A DNA stretch of 62,029 nt, counting the filler. It is 9 parts of 9 records of this genome, joined end to end, with 100 filler letters (N's around TTAATTAATTAA, not from the genome) between each part and the next. Parts side by side here need not be neighbours in the genome. Positions count along the whole stretch, not along the records: positions 49,040 to 56,763 come from SRR31147125_349676; positions 56,864 to 62,029 come from SRR31147125_349925; 7 more parts are not named here. One strand, 5' to 3'. The notes under the pieces are model-generated. The model saw only the letters and a list, made by a program, of their open reading frames with translations. It searched no databases and had not been told where the DNA came from. Positions 52,827 to 62,029 of this stretch are shown here, piece after piece. The translations under genes and the position numbers were made by a program. The stretch's first letter is position 1, and each line of letters begins with the position of its first letter.

Positions 52827-53822
52827 CTATTTCGGAGTGGAGAAACCCCTGACGGCTTCATCCACGTAGTGCTTCAATATGGGCATGTCCCGGGTCCTGC
52901 TGGCTTCGAGCAGCCGGCGGAGATCTTCGTACCCGCTCTCCCGATCCAGAACTTCCGGGAAGGTGAGGGGATTCTCCGTCCTGTCGATATTGTAGATGCG
53001 CGAAATGATCGAAGGCGAAATCTCGAGCCAGGAATGGATGGCTGTAGCCAGGGCGATTACTTCCTGATCGTCCGCACCTGCCGGGAGGGCGTTCCGGGCG
53101 TCCAGGAGTTCTTTGCCCGACTGGAGGGTGGCATCCCGCAGGTTGTCTGCGTTCCTGTTTTCCTCGAAGTTGATCCGAATCTCGCTGAACAGCTGGGCCA
53201 CCGGCAGGGACTGACCGTTCAGGAACATCAAGCCGCTCACCATACCGTCAGCTTCGAAGCTGTCGAGAATATAGGCTTCATACGGAGTAATAAGGTAGCC
53301 GGAGGGGACCAACCGATCCCGGATCATGGCGACTTCGGCAGCGTATCTCTCCACCTGCATGAAGGTGCTTTCCAGAACGTCACCTTTGGCAATGCGCCAC
53401 ATCGCCGTGTCCCGATAGAACAGGTAGGCCTCGCGGAAAGCGCCGGATAGCAGGGTATAGGAAAGGGACGGATACTGTTCACGGGTATCCAGGAGAGCCC
53501 GGCTGATGAAGATGTAGGGCTGATTTCTCTCGGGTGCCACCAGGAACTGGGCGCCGTGGATGAGTTCGGAGTTTTCCGGATCGACGGTAAACCGGAGATA
53601 GTCCTTGCTGATCGCCTGGGAAATGATATGCCAGGTTTCACCGGTGATATCCGTCACATCATCATCGAGTCTTTCGGACATCAGTTCCTGATATCCTTCC
53701 AGCAGCCTGACCAGAAGAGCCTCGTAGTCGACGGGTTCTTCCTGGGCGCCGAGGGAAGTACCGGCGGATACCAGCAGAATGGAGATTATGGCAAAGCGAG
53801 CAATATTGCGGATTACGGACAT
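52827..53822 (-). CDS. Secreted hypothetical protein
   Basis: RBS GGAGGAG, N-terminal signal peptide, about 330 aa, no recognised motif. Confidence 0.7.
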   Translation of the reverse strand: MSVIRNIARFAIISILLVSAGTSLGAQEEPVDYEALLVRLLEGYQELMSERLDDDVTDITGETWHIISQAISKDYLRFTVDPENSELIHGAQFLVAPERNQPYIFISRALLDTREQYPSLSYTLLSGAFREAYLFYRDTAMWRIAKGDVLESTFMQVERYAAEVAMIRDRLVPSGYLITPYEAYILDSFEADGMVSGLMFLNGQSLPVAQLFSEIRINFEENRNADNLRDATLQSGKELLDARNALPAGADDQEVIALATAIHSWLEISPSIISRIYNIDRTENPLTFPEVLDRESGYEDLRRLLEASRTRDMPILKHYVDEAVRGFSTPK

Positions 53823-53928
53823 GGACTCCTCCGAGACTGAAGCATACACTCACGCGAGCCCTGCGTCAGTCCCCGGGATGATGACAATATGGTAAGGTTT
53901 CCGCAAGGCCCCGGCGGCCTTTCCCGTG

Positions 53929-54393
53929 TCAATTGACTGCGCCGATATAGAGTGGGCAATCATTGCCGGCAGCCCGGGATATCAGATGCGGGATCAGGGA
54001 TGCCGGATAGAATCTGGCGGCAGCAAGGTCCTCAAGGGCACACCATTCGATTCCGGTCTGGTATTCATCGGCGTTTTCCGTCATCCGGGGAACCTCACCG
54101 GCAGCCAGTTCGGCCAAGAACATGATTTCAAGCTGGTGGATCTCTGACTGACTGTGCGCAAACTCATGCCGGGATCCGATGTAGTCCCGTGCAAAGATGA
54201 TTTCTCCCGGGAGTATCTCCACGTCCAACTCTTCCCGGCATTCCCGCTGAAGTGCTTCGATGAGCGTTTCTCCGGGATCCTGTCCGCCGCCGGGAAGCAG
54301 CCTGAACGCCCCCTCGCCATCCCTGTTTACAGTAACAAGAAGTCTGCCATCCCGGATGATCACAGCTTTCGCGCTGACTCGGATACCTTTCAT
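53929..54393 (-). CDS. Nudix hydrolase
   Basis: PGGGQDPGETLIEALQRECREELD Nudix box. Confidence 0.92.
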   Translation of the reverse strand: MKGIRVSAKAVIIRDGRLLVTVNRDGEGAFRLLPGGGQDPGETLIEALQRECREELDVEILPGEIIFARDYIGSRHEFAHSQSEIHQLEIMFLAELAAGEVPRMTENADEYQTGIEWCALEDLAAARFYPASLIPHLISRAAGNDCPLYIGAVN

Positions 54394-54454
54394 GCTGGTA
54401 ACTCTATCCGCAATGCCCGGGTACGGTCATCCCTTTAATGTCGGCGGCAGCCTG

Positions 54455-56008
54455 TTACCTGTCGGATGCCGTTCCCTTCAGAAAGGTGCGATTGCCTGAC
54501 GTGTCGCTGATACTGACGGTTATTTCCCCTCCCTCCGGGAACCTCACACGGTAATCGTTGCGGTAGGCCTGGCCGAGGCCGTATTCCCTCATGTCCAGGC
54601 CGTCATCCGTCCGTTGGCCCGCCAGGGCGTAGATGAGACCGTCGGTTTCCGAAACCAGGAATTCACCGTCCATTCCGACCGGATAGTCGATCCAGGCGTT
54701 GCTGTATTCCTCTCGGTAGTGCAGTGTTCCGAACCGGTCCAGATTGAAGGAGACAGCGACGATGTCCCGGCGGTTGGATTCCAGAACATATCGCGTACCG
54801 TCGACTCCGGCCGGCAGCGCTTCTGAAGAGGAACTCTCTTCATACCGGACGTTCCATGACTCGGACAGCCGGTGCAGTTCGGCCAGGCCCTCCGGATTTT
54901 CCGGCAGAGGTTCCGAAGTGATGGCCGGCAAAACGTACTCCCGCAGCAGATGCTGGGGCCTGTGGAACTCCCGGTCGGGCAGGGAAGAGAGAAATACCAT
55001 CACCAGGTCCTCCTCCGGAAGGATTATCAGGTACTGGCCGGCATAGCCCTGGGCCATCGGGATTCCGTCGTCGGAAACCCACCATTGGTATCCGTAGTGA
55101 TCGTTCAGGTCCCGGCCTTCCGCCTTCGGAGAAAGGGATTCCCTGAGCCAGGACCGGGAAACGATCCGTTTGTCGCTCCACCGGCCGTCCCTGGCGACAA
55201 GAAGGCCCAGACGGGCCAGGTCTTCACCGGTGAGCCACAGGCCGCCCCAGGAGTTCGGTTCTCCGCCTTTGAGGATATCCCATCGGAACTCGTCGATTCC
55301 AAGAGGAGTAAAAAGTACGTCCTTCGCCCAGTCGTTCATCGGCCTGCCGGCGGCTTCCGTCACGGCGGCTCCCAGAAGGAACGACGCCTGGTTCGAGTAC
55401 TCGAAGTGTTCTCCCGGAGGATGGATGGAAGGACGGGTCAGGGCGAACTCGACAGGATCGCCGCTCAGCCGGAGCTTTGTCAGTCCCGACCAGCCGAAAC
55501 GGTAGGAATCCCGGGCATCCAGACCCGTGGTCATGGTGAGGAGGTGCTCCAGGGTCAACTCAGGTGGGATTCCCGCAGTCGTGCTGCTGTCCAGAGATGG
55601 AAAGAATTCGACTATGGACGTATGGGTGCCCGGCATGGCGTTGTTGTCGATGGCGATACCCACCAGCAGGGAATTGATGCTTTTCGTGCAGCTGTAGATC
55701 CTGTGGAGCATCTGCGGACTGTACGGTGATCTGAAGGCTTCAAACACGATACGGCCGTTCCGGGCCAGAACAACGGCATCAATGTCGTCGTTCCGATCCG
55801 TCACCTCGTCCATCATCGCCAGAAGCATGCTCGAATCGATCCCCTGGGACTCCGGAGTAGCCCGTTCCCAGACCTCTCCCGGATACACCGGATCGAACCC
55901 CTCGCCGCCCGAAATGCCGCTCCCGGAGCACCCGCTGGAAATCAGCAGGACCACGGCTGCCGAAACCAGCAGAATTGCGGAAAATCCATCCATCGAAAAT
56001 CGTCTCAT
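54455..56008 (-). CDS. Beta-lactamase class C-like serine hydrolase (probable lipoprotein)
   Basis: SCTKS (SxxK), HLLTMTTG, FEYSN, LFTPLGI, YGYQWW; ISSG-C lipobox-like N-terminus. Confidence 0.9.
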   Translation of the reverse strand: MRRFSMDGFSAILLVSAAVVLLISSGCSGSGISGGEGFDPVYPGEVWERATPESQGIDSSMLLAMMDEVTDRNDDIDAVVLARNGRIVFEAFRSPYSPQMLHRIYSCTKSINSLLVGIAIDNNAMPGTHTSIVEFFPSLDSSTTAGIPPELTLEHLLTMTTGLDARDSYRFGWSGLTKLRLSGDPVEFALTRPSIHPPGEHFEYSNQASFLLGAAVTEAAGRPMNDWAKDVLFTPLGIDEFRWDILKGGEPNSWGGLWLTGEDLARLGLLVARDGRWSDKRIVSRSWLRESLSPKAEGRDLNDHYGYQWWVSDDGIPMAQGYAGQYLIILPEEDLVMVFLSSLPDREFHRPQHLLREYVLPAITSEPLPENPEGLAELHRLSESWNVRYEESSSSEALPAGVDGTRYVLESNRRDIVAVSFNLDRFGTLHYREEYSNAWIDYPVGMDGEFLVSETDGLIYALAGQRTDDGLDMREYGLGQAYRNDYRVRFPEGGEITVSISDTSGNRTFLKGTASDR

Positions 56009-56055
56009 GGTTCATTTTACATGCTCCAGCGGCTCACCGTCATGAAACTGACCCC

Positions 56056-56084
56056 TTGACCCCCTTCTTTCACTTCTCCATAAT
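56056..56084 (+). promoter_or_regulatory. Sigma70 promoter of the pheS leader
   Basis: TTGACC (56056-61) - 17 nt - CATAAT (56079-84); predicted +1 near the ATG at 56091. Confidence 0.7.
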
Positions 56085-56090
56085 GCGCCC

Positions 56091-56174
56091 ATGATCAAGG
56101 GATGCGTGTATTCGCTCTTTAACGCCTCGTTTTTTACTGGTAATTCAACCGGAGGGAACGTCGCGGGATCGTAA
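56091..56174 (+). CDS. Putative Phe-sensing leader peptide (pheM-like)
   Basis: MIKGCVYSLFNASFFTGNSTGGNVAGS*; three TTT codons, two in tandem; lies between promoter and terminator. Confidence 0.6.
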   Translation: MIKGCVYSLFNASFFTGNSTGGNVAGS

Positions 56175-56195
56175 CCATAACGATGAACGTGAATG

Positions 56196-56226
56196 AAAGA
56201 CCTTCCATCCGGAGGGTCTTTTTTTT
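56196..56226 (+). terminator. Intrinsic terminator (attenuator) upstream of pheS
   Basis: AAAGACCTTCC-atcc-GGAGGGTCTTT stem followed by a T-run, about 33 nt before the pheS ATG. Confidence 0.85.
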
Positions 56227-56259
56227 GCCGCCGACGATGCGGCGAATGAGGTTGTGCAG

Positions 56260-56763
56260 ATGAACGAGAAACTGAAAGCGGTAGAGGAGTCCTTCCTCGA
56301 AGCACTGAAGGGCATCGACACCGAGGCGAAACTGGCGGATATGAAGGCCCGTTTCCTCGGCAAGAAAGGCGAGCTCAGTGCCATTCTGGGATCCCTGAAG
56401 GATGCCAGCCCCGATGAGCGGAAAACCCTGGGACAAGCGGCCAATGAACTGAAGGGCAAATTCGCTGCGAAGCTCGAAGACGTTCGGGCCGCCATCGAGC
56501 GGCAGGTGATCGATTCGAAACTGGCCGCCGACTGGACGGACATTACGCTCCTGAAGTCCCTGAAGGCTGAATCGGTGAAGGAGTCGGGACTGCATCCGGT
56601 ATCGATCGTCCAGCGGGAACTTGAGGACATCTTCCTCTCCATGGGCTTCGACATACTCGACGGTCCCCATATCGAAGACGACTGGTACAACTTCACTGCA
56701 CTGAATATACCGGAGACCCATCCGGCCCGGGACATGCAGGACACCTTCTGGTTCAAGGACATG
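56260..56763 (+). CDS. pheS: Phenylalanine--tRNA ligase alpha subunit (3' truncated)
   Basis: FLGKKGEL, GLHPV, NFTALNIPETHPARDMQDTF. Confidence 0.96.
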
Positions 56764-56863
56764 NNNNNNNNNNNNNNNNNNNNNNNNNNNNNNNNNNNNN
56801 NNNNNNNTTAATTAATTAANNNNNNNNNNNNNNNNNNNNNNNNNNNNNNNNNNNNNNNNNNNN
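56764..56863. other. Artificial contig linker
   Basis: N44-TTAATTAATTAA-N44. Confidence 0.99.
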
Positions 56864-58669
56864 GGACACATCGGGTTTCTGATCAGGCGTGGACGAGAAG
56901 GCCGGCAGGCGGACGCTCACGCAGGTGCCCACGCCGACGGTGCTTTCGAAGGCCATTTCACCGCCATGCAGCGCAACCAGCCCCTTGACCACCGAAAGGC
57001 CGAGCCCCGTGCCCTCGTGACGACGGTCGTAACCGGCATCGATCTGAAGGAACGGCGTGCCGAGGCGGGCCAGATCGTTGGAGGCGATGCCGACGCCGGT
57101 GTCGCGCACCTGAACGTCGATCCACTCGCCTTCGCGCTTGGCAGCCACGGTGACGGAACCGCCCTGCTTGGTGAACTTGATGGCGTTGGACAGCAGGTTG
57201 ATGAAGATCTGCTTGCAGGCGCGGCGGTCGCCATTCAGCTCGGGCAGGTTTTCCGGCGTGTCGTAGACGAGCGTGACGCCCCGGCTTGCCGCCTGCTGGC
57301 GCATCATGTCCACGCACTCGCCGATGCAGCGTGCGGGCCGGAACGGCTCGATGCAAAGCTCGAAATTGCCGGTCTCGATCTTCGACATGTCGAGGATCTC
57401 GTTCACCACCTGCAGCAGATGGTGACCGGAATCATGGATCAGATCCACGTATTCGCGCTGGCGCTCGGGAGGAAGCTGCTCGGGTGTGAACTGGCGCAGG
57501 ATATCGGAAAAGCCGATGATCGCGTTGAGCGGGGTACGCAGCTCGTGGCTGACATTGGCGAGGAAACGGGTCTTGGCCGCACTCGCGGCTTCCGCCTGCT
57601 GCTGAGCTTCCTCCAGCTCTTCCTCATGCGCCTTGTACCGGGTGATGTCGCGCGTCACCGCCACGACGGCGGCCTCGCCGTCGCTGATTTCACAGTAGCC
57701 CATGGGACGGCAGCGCATTTCCAGCCAGACATAACTCGGCTGACCGCTTTCGCCGGGCTTGGAGGGACCGCGGCGCGCGCGGAACTGGAGCGATTTGGCG
57801 CTCTTGTGCACGGCCACGTCGTTCAGCGTGGTCAGGAAGGCCGGGCGGTCGGCCACATGCACGCGCTGGAAAAAGCCGTCACCTGTCGCCTCCTGCACCG
57901 AAAGATCGAGCAGGCTGCGGATCGAGGGCGTGGAAAAGAGCGTATCGCCGTGGCTGGAATGCAGCGTGATCACGTCGGAGAGGTTGTCCGCCACCAGCCG
58001 GTAACGCGCTTCACGCTCGCTTGAGACCAGATCCGCATCCGCCCCCGACCACTCCACGCGGAACGCAACGAGCAGCGCATAGAAGAGACCGGAGAGGATC
58101 GCCAGCGACTTGACCTGCCCGTCGCCCCAGTTGGCGGCGTAGGGCCCGGCATCGAAGCCTGCCTGTGCGGCGATAAGGAGCGCGGCCACGACACCAGCGG
58201 CCGCCATGGTCGCCAGCATGATGACCTTGCGCGAGCGCGAAAGCGCCGCTTCCAGCGGAACGATGGCGAGCCATACGAGCGCGACGGAATCAAGTCCGCC
58301 GGTCACGAAGGCCATCCAGCCGATGAACGTGGAGAAAAGCGCCGCCGACAGCGCATGGGCGATTTCGAACTTGCCAGTGACCGACAGATACATGGCGACC
58401 GGCATCTGCCCGGCCAGCCACGCAAACGCGAGAACCTGGGGAAGAGATATGCCGCCGTTGAAGGCAAGGTGCAGAGGCAGCGTGAACAGCGCCAGCGCAC
58501 CGGCCGTCAGATTGGCGGCGATGAAGGCCCGGTGCCGTCCGCGCACGAGCGAATCGGAAGCGGCGCAGGGATGCACCAGCCCGTCCAGAAAACGCCCTGC
58601 GGAGGCAATGAACTCGATACTACGCAATGCCTTGATTCCGGTGCCAGATACGCGGACACCGTCCCTCAT
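56864..58669 (-). CDS. divJ: Membrane PAS-domain histidine kinase, DivJ-like (3' truncated)
   Basis: N-terminal TM helices, PAS domain, FLANVSHELRTPLNAIIGFS (PleC/DivJ-type H box), RACKQIFINLLSNAIKFT, GTGLGLSVV; symbol inferred from architecture and neighbours. Confidence 0.75.
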
Positions 58670-58846
58670 CGTGAGTCTGCGAGAATGATGGCAGCAACGA
58701 CTTAAGGAACGCTAAAGCGCGTACCGACAATTGCGCCCTTGTACTTATGCAAGGGGTAGGCACGTGTCGCTTTTTGCGTGGGTAAGGCAGCTATGACGAT
58801 AAAAAAGCGATTTATTCGGTTGCGAATCCCTTAACGCGTAACGCCC

Positions 58847-58861
58847 ATAACCCTCTGTTAA
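58847..58861 (-). promoter_or_regulatory. CtrA-like box TTAA-N7-TTAT
   Basis: 7/8 match to TTAA-N7-TTAA; a second 7/8 match (TTAA-N7-TAAA) at 58702-58716. Confidence 0.5.
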
Positions 58862-59079
58862 TATAAAGAAATTGCCCCTTCCATCAGGATTTCTGCGGAC
58901 CGGGCGTATTTGATTAAAATTTGAATCGAATTTGTCTCCAATTCGCTTCGCATTTATCGAAAATCCCGCCAGCAGTTGAAACGCCACCTTGGGGAGCGCC
59001 TGCTAGCCTTCACTCGTATCGGGAAGCCAGCCGCCTGAACGAGCAGGCTCCCGCCGAGACTGAATAAAGGGCTAGCGTC

Positions 59080-59592
59080 ATGTTTTTCATTCTTCGCACA
59101 GCGTTCTGGCTGTCGCTCGTGATCCTGCTTATCCCCGCGGATGCGTCCACGGTGGACGAGGACCAGACCCACATCTCCACATTCCAGGCCATCGGGGCCG
59201 CGCAAGAGACCTATTCCGACATGGTCCGCTTCTGCGAACGCAACCACACGGCCTGCGAGACCGGCAGCGCCGCGCTGGAGATCTTCTCCGCCAAGGCCCG
59301 CACCGGCGCACGCATGATCTATGAATATCTGGGTCCCGATAGCGCGTCTTCCGAAGGCGAGGCGACGGTCGCCGAGGCGCGCCCCCGCATCACCACCGGC
59401 TCCATCAAGCCGGGTGAGGAAACGGTGAGCGCCTATCCGGCCGCCGCTGTCGATACCGGCACGCTGACCGCGGGCGACATGGCACCTGCCTGGACGGCTG
59501 CGAGCGGAACACCGACGACGCCCGCCATTGCAGGCTCCGTGCGCAGCCCGATCAAGGCACCCCCGCTGCCGCAGGCCAAGCCCACCGCCTGA
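59080..59592 (+). CDS. DUF5330 domain protein
   Basis: MFFILRTAFWLSLVILLIP, FCERN..C..G, KARTGARMIYE, TLT..D..P.W. Confidence 0.85.
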   Translation: MFFILRTAFWLSLVILLIPADASTVDEDQTHISTFQAIGAAQETYSDMVRFCERNHTACETGSAALEIFSAKARTGARMIYEYLGPDSASSEGEATVAEARPRITTGSIKPGEETVSAYPAAAVDTGTLTAGDMAPAWTAASGTPTTPAIAGSVRSPIKAPPLPQAKPTA

Positions 59593-59744
59593 CCACGACT
59601 GCAAGCGAGGCCCGCATCCGGCAGGCGCCTCGCGACACTGCAAACCTCTTGTCCGGAATATACACGTGGCCGTCGTCGCCGGTTCCATCCTGAAGGAACC
59701 GGCCCAACGATGACGGACATCAACTGAGGCGGGAATATCCTGTC

Positions 59745-59789
59745 AACGCCGCGGGGGTGAATGCCCTTCCCCTTGCGGCGTTTTTTTTT
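59745..59789 (+). terminator. Intrinsic terminator
   Basis: AACGCCGCGGGG...CCCCTTGCGGCGTT stem with T9 tail. Confidence 0.8.
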
Positions 59790-59939
59790 GCGTTCACACG
59801 CGATCAATGAAGCCGGGACGTTTGCCACGCCGGTCTCAAGGCATTATGTCGAGGGAACGAGACGTTGCCGGTTGTCGGCCATGCCCTTCAAGACAGGGCG
59901 CACGGCTCACCGGCGCACACAGGAAGGTGCGGCTGCGGC

Positions 59940-60368
59940 ATGACGAACATCGAAGACATCATCGAGAATTTCGAATTCCCGGAAGACTGGGAAGACCGCT
60001 ACCGCTATGTGATCGAGCTGGGACGGGAAATGCCGAACCTTGCCGCGGACGCCTGTACCGACGCCAACAAGGTGCAGGGCTGCGTCTCGCAGGTGTGGCT
60101 GGTCAGTTCTGTGGAAAAGGACGCGGACGGCAAGGTGCGCCTCACCTATCAGGGGGACAGCGACGCCTTCATCGTGCGGGGGCTTGTCGCCATTCTGCTG
60201 GCGATGGTGTCCGGCAAGACGGCGCAGGAAATCCTTGATCTCGACGTGGAGGCCGGATTTGCGCGCTTGGGCCTGCGCGAGCACCTGACGCCGCAGCGCT
60301 CCAACGGCCTGACCTCGATGGTCAACCGCATCCGCCGCGATGCGGAAGCCGCGCTCGCAGCCGCCTGA
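59940..60368 (+). CDS. sufE: SufE-family sulfur acceptor
   Basis: DWEDRYRYVIELG, VQGCVSQVW, DSDAFIVRGL, HLTPQRSNGL. Confidence 0.93.
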   Translation: MTNIEDIIENFEFPEDWEDRYRYVIELGREMPNLAADACTDANKVQGCVSQVWLVSSVEKDADGKVRLTYQGDSDAFIVRGLVAILLAMVSGKTAQEILDLDVEAGFARLGLREHLTPQRSNGLTSMVNRIRRDAEAALAAA

Positions 60369-60380
60369 CGGGGCTCCGCC

Positions 60381-60725
60381 GTGGCGCGCGTCACTTCCGA
60401 ATTCTGGGTTGCCGCCCATACGCGGCGCGTCTTCCTCGAAGGGGCCTTCGCAGCCGTCGTGCGCAAGGGCGCACCTGAGGCGGGCGCGATCTTCGTGCGC
60501 GTGGACCGGCTCGACGGCTCCATCGACCTCTACGGCCCCGCGCCGCAGAGCTTTTTCGACGCGGAAACCAGCGGCGAGCGGCGCTTCGAGTGCATCGGGC
60601 GCGGCATGAGCCCGCTGGACGTTCAGGAAAAATTCGAGCGCGAGGCCCGCATGGACCCGGATTTCTGGGTGCTCGACATCGAGGACCGCGAGGGGCGGCA
60701 TTTTCTCGATCTGGCGGAAGACTGA
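60381..60725 (+). CDS. DUF1491 family protein
   Basis: RVTSEFWV, KGAPEAGAIFV, DPDFWVLDIEDREG. Confidence 0.88.
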   Translation: MARVTSEFWVAAHTRRVFLEGAFAAVVRKGAPEAGAIFVRVDRLDGSIDLYGPAPQSFFDAETSGERRFECIGRGMSPLDVQEKFEREARMDPDFWVLDIEDREGRHFLDLAED

Positions 60726-60743
60726 GTTTCCCGCGCGCCCTGC

Positions 60744-61298
60744 CTAAATCTTCAGATGCTCGCAGATCGCCTGATCAAGGGCCTCGTCGATCGTGTCCGT
60801 TTCGCGCGGATCGGGCACGAACGCCCTGAGCATGGCAAAGACATGCTCATCCTCGGTTTCGATCACGATCAGGCTTTCCAGATCGGCGGGCGGATTTTCG
60901 CGCAGCATCGCCAGTTGCGAAGACGAAAGCACCAGCATCGCCAGCTTGCCCTCGCCCGACGTGCGGTCGTTGAAGGAATAGGTGGTCTCGCCGCGTCGGT
61001 TGAAGAGCGAGAACGACCAGAACGTGTCGGGCAGTGTCGCATCGAGGCGCACAGGCCCGTCGGCAAGCGAGAAGCGGCACACCGCATGGGCCATGGTCGG
61101 ATCAAGCATGGGCAGCGGCTCGGAGCCGGGCTGGACTGCGGGCAGCACGTTGAAATGCGCTTCAGGCCCGAATTTCTCCAGACGCGCCCAGGCATCCTCG
61201 GTGGTGAAGTCCGGCACAAGAATGACCGCGACGATGTGAATGATGCCGCCCAGCAGAAGACCGCCGAGCGTCCAGAGCGCGGTGCGGATCATCGGCAC
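60744..61298 (-). CDS. DUF1254-like periplasmic/membrane protein
   Basis: GGIIHI N-terminal TM, DP....VCRFSL.DGP, FWSFSLF; paired with the DUF1214 gene. Confidence 0.78.
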   Translation of the reverse strand: MPMIRTALWTLGGLLLGGIIHIVAVILVPDFTTEDAWARLEKFGPEAHFNVLPAVQPGSEPLPMLDPTMAHAVCRFSLADGPVRLDATLPDTFWSFSLFNRRGETTYSFNDRTSGEGKLAMLVLSSSQLAMLRENPPADLESLIVIETEDEHVFAMLRAFVPDPRETDTIDEALDQAICEHLKI

Positions 61299-61948
61299 CG
61301 CTCCTTGACAATCGCGGGCATGGAAATCTCCTGAAGCCCCGCCCCCGTGGTGAGCGGGGTGTCATAGAGCCGAAGGACCAGCGTCATCGGCGCATTTCCG
61401 GCAACCGGCAGCCAGTTTCCGGGGCGCGCCTGGTTCGCGACCGCGATGTCGAAATCACCGTCGGACTTGCGCAGAATACCGCGGCTGTCGAGCGCGACGC
61501 GGCCCGCATCGGTGTCCAGAAGCGCCCCTCTGGTATCGATCGCGGTCAGGGTCCACATGCGCGCAGGCGGCGTCTGGCCGCTCAGGCGATAGTCGCAAGC
61601 AGCCGTCAGCCGGTCACCCGCATTGTCGCGGTCGGCGAAAAAGGCCAGCCCCTCGCCGTTTCCAAGCGGAACCTGCCCTGTGCGCGCGGTGGTAGCTGCC
61701 GAATAGGGGTCTGCATCGGGTGTTCCGGCGGTGGGATAGGCCGTCCACTCGCCGAGCTGCACCTCGCCGAAGAGCCGTCCGCGATCCACCGCCAGATAGG
61801 CGGAGCCGATGCCCACCACGAGCGCCACCACGACGGCCAGCATCAGGTTCGGCAGGAAGAACTGGATGGGCGGGCGTTTTGGAAGTTCATCGATGCGCCA
61901 GGCATCTCGCGGCGAGGGCCGCGGCTTTCCCGTGCGATGTCTGCGCAC
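61289..61948 (-). CDS. DUF1214 domain protein (start uncertain)
   Basis: G.W..YP..G..DADPY, C.Y...G..PPARMWTL, PGNWLP, LVLRLYD. Confidence 0.82.
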   Translation of the reverse strand: MRRHRTGKPRPSPRDAWRIDELPKRPPIQFFLPNLMLAVVVALVVGIGSAYLAVDRGRLFGEVQLGEWTAYPTAGTPDADPYSAATTARTGQVPLGNGEGLAFFADRDNAGDRLTAACDYRLSGQTPPARMWTLTAIDTRGALLDTDAGRVALDSRGILRKSDGDFDIAVANQARPGNWLPVAGNAPMTLVLRLYDTPLTTGAGLQEISMPAIVKERCR

Positions 61949-62029
61949 ACTCAGGCGGCGGGCGCGCGCGATGGCTCCGCTGAGCTTTCGGCTCGTTTTC
62001 CGGGGGTCGTCGGCAAGGCCATGACGTCA

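Noticed and set aside
56091-56226. T-box riboswitch upstream of pheS
   Set aside because: No GGTGGNACC T-box motif, and the roughly 135-nt leader is short for Stem I plus antiterminator; a leader-peptide model fits better.
1-62029. CRISPR arrays, rRNA/tRNA genes, transposases, phage or defence systems
   Set aside because: None recognised by eye; short RNA genes cannot be excluded without tRNAscan or Infernal.

Overview
This window is not one locus. It is nine unrelated contigs joined by eight identical artificial 100-nt linkers (44 N + TTAATTAATTAA + 44 N), so gene order across linkers means nothing. (1) 1-7335, Rhodobacteraceae-like: tlpA, argH, two small lipoproteins, DUF374, lysA, TIGR02302. 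(2) 7436-13104, alphaproteobacterial: carnitine catabolism genes followed by a peptide/nickel-family ABC transporter. (3) 13205-21147, a eukaryotic contig with very tight gene packing and uniform 49-60 nt spliceosomal introns: class IV sirtuin, ARFRP1, NCBP2, small and orphan genes. (4) 21248-26293: MSHA/T2SS-type ExeA, TPR, GspE, GspF. (5) 26394-31703: radical SAM/SPASM, uncharacterised molybdopterin oxidoreductase, GATase, Tat-exported solute-binding protein. (6) 31804-38650: mnmG-lgt, a FecBCD/BtuCDF-type ABC importer behind a NikR-like operator, a divergent TsaA-like gene, a response regulator. (7) 38751-48939: glycosyltransferases, MFS, ABC exporter pair, Fe-ADH, CbpA-like. (8) 49040-56763: TIGR00300 ornithine cyclodeaminase-like, Eis-like GNAT, PatB, Nudix, serine hydrolase, and pheS preceded by an apparent leaderless Phe-peptide attenuator. 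(9) 56864-62029, Rhizobiales-like: divJ region with CtrA-like/GANTC sites, a candidate sRNA, sufE and DUF genes. About ten bacterial genes are split by small indels, mostly in homopolymer runs, which are most likely sequencing errors. Taxonomic labels are inferences from gene content and composition, not database hits. Best leads: the pheS attenuator, the NikR-like-controlled ABC/TsaA module, the rSAM-molybdoenzyme operon, and the length-constrained introns of the compact eukaryote.
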